In this document: positions 58,042 to 64,000 of the stretch, one piece after another
How positions within the stretch are numbered: the stretch's first letter is position 1
How the letters are laid out: the number at the start of each line of letters is the position of its first letter
Origin: a virus
Direction: 5' to 3' (one strand)
DNA length: 64,000 nucleotides
Virus record (IMG/VR): IMGVR_UViG_3300046744_000223
Coordinates: 108,941-172,940 of that record
Notes under the pieces: model-generated
Database searches by the model: none
Seen by the model: only the letters and a program-made list of their open reading frames with translations
Told to the model about the DNA's origin: nothing
Program-made: the position numbers and the translations under genes

Positions 58042-58878
58042 TTATTCATTACCACTCGATATTGTAGAATCATTTTCGCCAGTTATATTAGTATTCCACA
58101 TAACCTTACCTACTGATATCCTACGTTTGGTATTATTTGAAATTCCGGCATATTCCGGCACTATATACGCTTTCGCTGTAAGACTGATATTGGCACGTGT
58201 AATTCTATCTTGTCCCATTTCAGATATGGTTTCAAATGAATACGACTCACCCTTTATTTGGAATTTATATCTATCACCAAAGGAACGTCCTTGGAAAAAT
58301 ATGATTTGTTCAACAATCTTATTGACCTGTTCCATATAATCACACCATACAACTACTTCATACTCTAAGTTTACATAATCAGGTCTTTCAACCGACATAT
58401 ATTCTTTTTTAGGAGTTTGACCAGTTAAGATTGAGAATTGGTCGTATCTATTTACATTTGTATAGGTTCTTTCGAACATTTGATGAGCATCTTCGTTTTG
58501 TGCTACCTTTAATTTAGCTAAATCAGTATTTAATGATAGATTATTTCGTTTGAATGATATAACAGGCGTTAATAACATTCCGTTATCATCTTTCATAAAA
58601 CCATCACGTTGTGCACTTGCCCACTTCTCAGGAGAGGCATACATTACAGGCACTGGATAGAATCTACCATCATCTTCAACAGTAGGTTTAATATCTACCT
58701 CTAAAAAGTTCTTAAATGCGGTATCAACATCGTAAATACCAACAGAAACGTTTTTTACGTTATCTTGGTCCCTACGTATCTGATTTGCCTTATTCAATTT
58801 CACATCTTCTGATGTTGAAGATTGTGTTTGAGTAAGGTTTGGTTTAGATTTGTCTTCGTTTCTATACTTTTGAGCCAT
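58042..58878 (-). CDS. Tail terminator/sheath stabiliser (T4 gp15-like)
   Basis: VPVMYASPEKW, PVISFKR, PDYVNLEYE..QVNKIVEQI; synteny with neck genes. Confidence 0.7.
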   Translation of the reverse strand: MAQKYRNEDKSKPNLTQTQSSTSEDVKLNKANQIRRDQDNVKNVSVGIYDVDTAFKNFLEVDIKPTVEDDGRFYPVPVMYASPEKWASAQRDGFMKDDNGMLLTPVISFKRNNLSLNTDLAKLKVAQNEDAHQMFERTYTNVNRYDQFSILTGQTPKKEYMSVERPDYVNLEYEVVVWCDYMEQVNKIVEQIIFFQGRSFGDRYKFQIKGESYSFETISEMGQDRITRANISLTAKAYIVPEYAGISNNTKRRISVGKVMWNTNITGENDSTISSGNE

Positions 58879-58879
58879 C

Positions 58880-59407
58880 TTACAATCCTAATGGTACTTC
58901 GTTATCATTTTGTCGTGAGTTACCCTTATAAGTATCTACTAATTTGATAGAAGTTTGACGTGTAACGTGTGTATCACATATAATAGATACATTAAGACCT
59001 TGTGAATCACCACCATCCCATGTTTGTGGGTTTTTACCAGCAACATATTGATACGAATATTGAGCATCGATTAAATGATACTCACCATTCCACTCAATAA
59101 CGTCACCAACCTCTGGCACAAGTGCTTTTTCAACCAAAGTATCACGAAGAAATCTAAACTGAACTTCACGTGAGTATGATTGACCGAAATCATCGGATAT
59201 TTGACTTGACTGACCCCTCTCAATAAGAGATGGTATTTTAATCGGCTGATTGAATACCTTATCTTTACCCTCACCATATAGATTTGACTTTGTATCAGTC
59301 AAAGCTACCTGATAATAGTAGATTTCAGTATCAATAATGTCGTTGATAAGTTCTTTATTCACTTTATTGAATAGAGCCATATCTCGTTGTCCACCGAATA
59401 GTGCCAT
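58880..59407 (-). CDS. Neck/head-closure protein (T4 gp14-like)
   Basis: NLYGE, PEVGDVI; synteny. Confidence 0.65.
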   Translation of the reverse strand: MALFGGQRDMALFNKVNKELINDIIDTEIYYYQVALTDTKSNLYGEGKDKVFNQPIKIPSLIERGQSSQISDDFGQSYSREVQFRFLRDTLVEKALVPEVGDVIEWNGEYHLIDAQYSYQYVAGKNPQTWDGGDSQGLNVSIICDTHVTRQTSIKLVDTYKGNSRQNDNEVPLGL

Positions 59408-59411
59408 TTGA

Positions 59412-60575
59412 TTATCCTATAAAAATTGGTCGTGGTACTCTATTTAGAGTTTCTTCCAAATATTCAGATTCTTCTTTTCTTGCTTCCATCAATGCTCTAC
59501 GAGATGTTGATTCCAACATTTCAGTTAATTGAGTCATCAATGCTTCTTTTTCAGCAGATGCTTCATTACGAAGGTCTGACCCATCAAGTGTTACATCAGC
59601 ACCTGGTATTGGTATAGAAGAAAACTTAGAACGAACTGCACCTAACATCTCTTTAGCTAATGCTAATGAGTATCTAGCAATCCACTGCTTACCTGATGAG
59701 TTGATATTTGAGTATACTAATCTTCCAAATGGAGCGTTAGACAAGTCACTCACTACGTTTGAGTTTGCGATTGGTGAATTTACTTCACTATCTAAGGTAT
59801 AATCAAAATACACTTTAGCGCCAGTATCACCACCACTTGGAATTGGATATAGTCTAATTCTCTGACCATCAACATGGAATCCATATGATGATTTACGAAT
59901 CTTATCGTTGAATTCAATCGCTTGAAGTCTTAAAAGGTCATCAAACATTGGTTGCATCATAAAAGAAACACCCGGTGAGTAGTTACCCCAACCAAAGGTT
60001 TCCATCATTTGTTGTGAACCCATACCAGTACCTACGAATGGGTCAAAGTATCTAATGATTGCCGGTGGTTGTGTATGGTATACTCTTCTTAATGTGATAC
60101 CATTTAATGTTGAACCACTTTCTAATGTGATTACGTTATCATCACCCAAATCATAAATTTGCTGCCCACCTACCATTTCGAATGAACCAGTATAAACTGT
60201 AACTTTACCACCACTAAGTGCTTCAGTACCATAGTCCTTAGCAATATTTACTAAGTTCTGCATATTAGCATTCATATTTGTATTTGACAAATCTAAATCC
60301 AAATCAGAACCTTGAAGAGATAACATATTCTCTTTTGCTCTATATTGGTTTACTTGAGATGAATACTCACTTACAGCTTCTTCAAGACAAGCAAACATAT
60401 TGATGTCTTGTAGTTCGATATCTATTATAGGATACCCCAGTCGTTTAGCACACCACTCAGCCACTTTGGGGGCATCTGATTGGAATTGTGTATCACCATC
60501 AAAATACCCAAATGGAGTTGATGAACCACTTGCGAATGAGCCTGAACCTGGCCAAATTGGAATTGTTACTGACAT
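59412..60575 (-). CDS. Neck protein (T4 gp13-like)
   Basis: RLGYPIIDIEL, WIARYSLALAKEMLG..RSKF..IPGADVTLDG, P..IFIG. Confidence 0.85.
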   Translation of the reverse strand: MSVTIPIWPGSGSFASGSSTPFGYFDGDTQFQSDAPKVAEWCAKRLGYPIIDIELQDINMFACLEEAVSEYSSQVNQYRAKENMLSLQGSDLDLDLSNTNMNANMQNLVNIAKDYGTEALSGGKVTVYTGSFEMVGGQQIYDLGDDNVITLESGSTLNGITLRRVYHTQPPAIIRYFDPFVGTGMGSQQMMETFGWGNYSPGVSFMMQPMFDDLLRLQAIEFNDKIRKSSYGFHVDGQRIRLYPIPSGGDTGAKVYFDYTLDSEVNSPIANSNVVSDLSNAPFGRLVYSNINSSGKQWIARYSLALAKEMLGAVRSKFSSIPIPGADVTLDGSDLRNEASAEKEALMTQLTEMLESTSRRALMEARKEESEYLEETLNRVPRPIFIG

Positions 60576-60603
60576 TTATACTCCTAAATACTATTAGTCA
60601 TTA

Positions 60604-60611
60604 TATAAATA
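60604..60611 (-). promoter_or_regulatory. Putative late promoter TATTTATA upstream of the neck genes
   Basis: Recurrent intergenic octamer. Confidence 0.55.
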
Positions 60612-60620
60612 GTATGTAGG

Positions 60621-62315
60621 TTATCTTTCCGTATTTCTCATAAAGGAAACTATGATATATCTTTTACCTGATGATACCGCCCTCGCCCCATGTTTATGGG
60701 TTATATTTCCAGGATGTAAAGTTACATACCCTATATCATTTTTTACTAATTCCTTTTGTCGTCTGAACCATGTACCACCACCCTCATACTCACTGAGGTC
60801 TGATAGTTGTACTAAACACGTTATATCAGACATATCATGGTGGATTGATAAATGACCTTGAGCATTTGGAGTGTATCTGGCTAAAAAGTTTTCTGATGTT
60901 AGGTTATCCCAACCCTTACCTTCCAATTCCCACATATGAATGGAAAGTGGCATGATATACTCTTTTAGAACATCCATGTAAATGTCGTGCATTCCAATAG
61001 TTTCTAATATCATATCAGTGGTTGGGTAATTTTCATGTCTATCAACTGTCCAAGCATCTGCATACTCAGCTTCTTCCCTAATCATTTTACAAAACTCAGG
61101 AGTAAATAATGGAAATGAGAACGTATTTGTAAATGGTTCATCTACAATCAAATCCCATTCTTTAGTTTTAGCTGAGTATGTTATGAATCGTTCTTTCCAC
61201 GAATGAGCGTTATCATAATATGTATACAATTCCGGATGTAGTTTATCAGGCATAACTTTAAACTCTATTGTATCTATCCATTTCTTATATATCTTTGGAA
61301 AGTCAAATTGCTTTACTTTATTTTTAGAATTATCTAATATTTTAGAAGATAGTGATGGTGAATTTTTCAACCTACCAATTTGCTGTATGAGTGAACTTTC
61401 TAAATCACTATCTTTTTTAGATGATGGTTCGATTATACCACACCCTTGTATTAGTGATAAAAGATTACCAGTATCAGTTGTTAATATCTTAACACCACCT
61501 TGCATCATTTCTAATGCGGTTATACAAAATGTCTCATCATACTTGGATGGGTACAACCAATATTCGGATTTAGAAATCTCATTATATAATTTTTTTGGAG
61601 ATAACCCATCGTAAAATGTAACACCATCTAAATCATCTTTATACGAATCATACCACTCAAGTGCATATGGTGGTGAGGTTACTATCAATGTAGCGTCTGA
61701 GTACAACGTCTTTATCTTCGGCCACATTCTTAGTAGGGTTTTTAATCCTCTATCTGGAGCTGATGAGTATATAAATCTATTTGGTATCTTTTCGTTAGAT
61801 ATACCACTCCAATCTGATAAGTCTATACCATTTGGGATTACTAAGACTTTGTGTTCTAACTCAGGATATTTTTTTAAGAATATTTCCTTTTGGTAATTCG
61901 ATACCAATACGATATTGGTCATTCTATCATCTAAGAAGAAATCATACCCATCGTTGTCTAATGTCATACCATTCCACCATGGATAGTATTCATTATTATG
62001 AATCCAAAAGTAAGATTTGTCGTATGTAATATTATGTTCAGCTAACTCTAATATATAATGAATATAGTTAGTACATATTACAATATCAAATTTATTATTT
62101 TTATATTTTTTGGAAAGTATCTCGTAATCTACATAGTCAACACCATCGATGTTGGCCGTGTCAACTTCACCAGTAACTACAACGTCATGGCCGTTTAACT
62201 TGAAGAAGTGTGCTAATTTGAGTACCATATACTCAGTGCCGCCAGCACCTTCGTTAATCCAAGTATCTAATGACCATTTAGATTTTTGATAACCTGATAC
62301 AAATAATACCTTCAT
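60621..62315 (-). CDS. Fusion of GT-B glycosyltransferase and PLOD-type procollagen lysyl hydroxylase
   Basis: N-terminal GGTE, YSSAPDRGL, YPSKYDETFCITALE; C-terminal LHPELY..DN..WKERFI..FPLF..C..ENYPTTD..NFLARY..HHD..YEGGGTWF..LHPGNITHKH..GKRYIIVSF, collinear with the PLOD lysyl hydroxylase domain as recalled. Confidence 0.88.
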   Translation of the reverse strand: MKVLFVSGYQKSKWSLDTWINEGAGGTEYMVLKLAHFFKLNGHDVVVTGEVDTANIDGVDYVDYEILSKKYKNNKFDIVICTNYIHYILELAEHNITYDKSYFWIHNNEYYPWWNGMTLDNDGYDFFLDDRMTNIVLVSNYQKEIFLKKYPELEHKVLVIPNGIDLSDWSGISNEKIPNRFIYSSAPDRGLKTLLRMWPKIKTLYSDATLIVTSPPYALEWYDSYKDDLDGVTFYDGLSPKKLYNEISKSEYWLYPSKYDETFCITALEMMQGGVKILTTDTGNLLSLIQGCGIIEPSSKKDSDLESSLIQQIGRLKNSPSLSSKILDNSKNKVKQFDFPKIYKKWIDTIEFKVMPDKLHPELYTYYDNAHSWKERFITYSAKTKEWDLIVDEPFTNTFSFPLFTPEFCKMIREEAEYADAWTVDRHENYPTTDMILETIGMHDIYMDVLKEYIMPLSIHMWELEGKGWDNLTSENFLARYTPNAQGHLSIHHDMSDITCLVQLSDLSEYEGGGTWFRRQKELVKNDIGYVTLHPGNITHKHGARAVSSGKRYIIVSFMRNTER

Positions 62316-62322
62316 ATTTTAT

Positions 62323-62922
62323 TTATTTAAATGGTTCACCACCCACCCACAATACAAAGGACTTTCGTGTACCTTTAGTTATAGGTGTTACTCTGTGTAG
62401 AAAGAATGATGGAAAAATAACAGCAGCTCCCTTTATACGTGGTGCTGTAATCCAACTACCACCAATATTAAATTGTAAATCACCACCCTCATATTCAGAT
62501 GGGTCGGATAATTGAACAGTTACTGAGACCTTCCGTTGGTTTTGTATACCAATACCACAATCCATATGCCAGTCGTACTGACCACCACCACTATAATATT
62601 CGGTATATTGAATTTGCTCTCTCATTTGAGTTAATTCAAAGTCCCACATGGTTTTATTAGCGGTCTTAATCATATCAGACAACTTTTCGTATACCCAATA
62701 CCACTCGTCTGATTGTGGACACCATTTAATTTTTGATTTTCTATAATCGGTGATTTTGGATTTAACATCTTGACCAGTTTGAGCGTCTACCCAATCCAAA
62801 TTAGTTGTGAGGGATTCTATATCAACGAGTTCGGTAGTAGTAAACCCATCTTTAAACCAGTAGTAATTTGAGTAGTCTACAAAGCTACGTGAACTATCAC
62901 TAAAATTAAAATTCTTTTCCAT
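62323..62922 (-). CDS. PKHD/prolyl-hydroxylase-type 2OG-Fe(II) oxygenase
   Basis: YDWHMD, RKVSVTVQLSDPSEYEGGDL, FPSFFLHRVTPITKGTRKS. Confidence 0.9.
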   Translation of the reverse strand: MEKNFNFSDSSRSFVDYSNYYWFKDGFTTTELVDIESLTTNLDWVDAQTGQDVKSKITDYRKSKIKWCPQSDEWYWVYEKLSDMIKTANKTMWDFELTQMREQIQYTEYYSGGGQYDWHMDCGIGIQNQRKVSVTVQLSDPSEYEGGDLQFNIGGSWITAPRIKGAAVIFPSFFLHRVTPITKGTRKSFVLWVGGEPFK

Positions 62923-62938
62923 AACTAAACTTATTTAC

Positions 62939-62946
62939 TATAAATA
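62939..62946 (-). promoter_or_regulatory. Putative late promoter TATTTATA upstream of the hydroxylase and GT-lysyl hydroxylase genes
   Basis: Recurrent intergenic octamer. Confidence 0.55.
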
Positions 62947-62957
62947 TGAAAATTTAT

Positions 62958-64000
62958 TTAATAAGATGAACCACTGAAGTAAGTTTCTACTACATAAAGA
63001 GGGTCACCACTTGAATAACCATATTCTTTGAATACCAACTTATCTAAAGACTCATCCCATTCAAAATATCCACCCGATAACTGGTTACCTTTATCACCAC
63101 CAGCACCTTGAGCACCTTGTGAACCAGTTTCACCAAGTGGTGAAGCGCCAGTCTGGCCTTTTTGACCCTCACCACCAGTATTGCCTTGTATACCTTTAGG
63201 ACCTTGAGCACCTTTATGACCTTGAACACCTTTAGGACCTTGACCGCCAGTTTCACCTTTTTGACCTTTAGGTGATAATCCAATTATACCCTTTATACCT
63301 TTAGGACCTTGAATACCTTTAGAACCTTGAACACCCTTATCACCACTATCACCTGAAATACCTGATGGTCCTTGAGCACCAGTTTCACCTTTTTGACCTT
63401 TAGGTGATGCACCTACTGCACCTTCATCACCTTGTGGGCCTTGAACACCTTTAGGGCCTTGAACGCCTTTAGGACCTTGAACACCTTTAGGACCTTGACC
63501 ACCAGTTTCACCTTTTTGACCTTTAGGTGATAATCCAATTATACCCTTTATACCTTTAGGACCTTGAATACCTTTAGAACCTTGAACACCCTTATCACCA
63601 CTATCACCTGAAGTACCTGATGGTCCTTGAGCACCCGTTTCACCTTTTTGACCTTTAGGTGATGCACCTACTGCACCTTCATCACCTACTCCACCTTGAA
63701 CACCTTTAGGGCCTTGAACGCCTTTAGGACCTTGAACACCTTTAGGACCTTGACCGCCAGTTTCACCTTTTTGACCTTTAGGTGATAATCCAATTATACC
63801 TTTTATACCTTTAGGACCTTGAACACCTTTAGAACCTTGAATACCCTTATCACCATCAGCGCCAGAAGCACCCGATGGTCCTTGAGCACCCGTTTCACCT
63901 TTTTGACCTTTAGGTGATGCACCTACTGCACCTTCATCACCTACTCCACCTTGAACACCTTTAGGGCCTTGAACGCCTTTAGGACCTTGAACACCTTTAG
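62958..64000 (-). CDS. Collagen-like (Gly-X-Y) fibre protein, C-terminal part (runs off window end)
   Basis: Manual translation ..GVQGPKGVQGGVGDEGAVGASPKGQKGETGAQGPS.. ending in non-collagen GNQLSGGYFEWDESLDKLVFKEYGYSSGDPLYVVETYFSGSSY*; missing from the ORF track. Confidence 0.93.
   Translation of the reverse strand, partial: KGVQGPKGVQGPKGVQGGVGDEGAVGASPKGQKGETGAQGPSGASGADGDKGIQGSKGVQGPKGIKGIIGLSPKGQKGETGGQGPKGVQGPKGVQGPKGVQGGVGDEGAVGASPKGQKGETGAQGPSGTSGDSGDKGVQGSKGIQGPKGIKGIIGLSPKGQKGETGGQGPKGVQGPKGVQGPKGVQGPQGDEGAVGASPKGQKGETGAQGPSGISGDSGDKGVQGSKGIQGPKGIKGIIGLSPKGQKGETGGQGPKGVQGHKGAQGPKGIQGNTGGEGQKGQTGASPLGETGSQGAQGAGGDKGNQLSGGYFEWDESLDKLVFKEYGYSSGDPLYVVETYFSGSSY
63200..64000 (-). repeat. 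255-nt (85-aa) tandem macro-repeat within the collagen gene
   Basis: ggtgataatccaattatacc recurs at 63271, 63526 and 63781. Confidence 0.9.

Noticed and set aside
1382-62029. All plus-strand ORFs in the track
   Set aside because: They are short, lie antisense to well-supported minus-strand genes and show no recognisable motifs; treated as shadow ORFs.
63044-63283. 79-aa minus-strand ORF MDYHLKVKKVKL..
   Set aside because: Out-of-frame shadow of the collagen gene; its VK/VL periodicity comes from the Gly codons.
60621-64000. Giant eukaryotic virus (mimivirus-like) origin suggested by collagen plus PLOD
   Set aside because: The flanking genes are T4-like neck, sheath, tube and baseplate genes with bacterial-type promoters and overlapping operons, indicating a tailed phage.
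1-64000. Stop-codon reassignment
   Set aside because: Conserved genes are full length in the standard code and end at TAA, TAG or TGA, tightly packed against the next gene.

Overview
A 64-kb segment of a large AT-rich T4-like myovirus (contractile-tailed phage). Every credible gene is on the minus strand. Nine promoters resembling the Bacteroidota -33/-7 consensus and an Hc1-like gene suggest a Bacteroidota host. In transcription order (right to left) it holds four blocks. (1) A partial collagen-like fibre gene, a PKHD-type 2OG-Fe(II) hydroxylase and a glycosyltransferase fused to a PLOD-type procollagen lysyl hydroxylase. (2) Neck, sheath, tube, chaperone, tape-measure and baseplate genes. 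(3) A replication and nucleotide block: PolA-like protein, SSB, RecA, 5'-3' exonuclease, helicase, RNR, thioredoxin, MazG, two Mom-like genes, PolB, clamp, DUF4338 and clamp loaders. (4) An ~18-kb glycan biosynthesis island with about ten glycosyltransferases, a Kdo-type module with two GT29 enzymes, an atypical DAHP-synthase/transaldolase/cytidylyltransferase module, methyltransferases and a carbamoyltransferase. The best candidate for a new system is phage-encoded, animal-style collagen lysine hydroxylation and glycosylation beside its likely substrate. Also notable are a probable +1/-2 frameshift in the tail chaperone, a possibly new ulosonic-acid pathway and a candidate DNA hypermodification locus. 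All family calls come from motif recognition by eye; no database searches were run.
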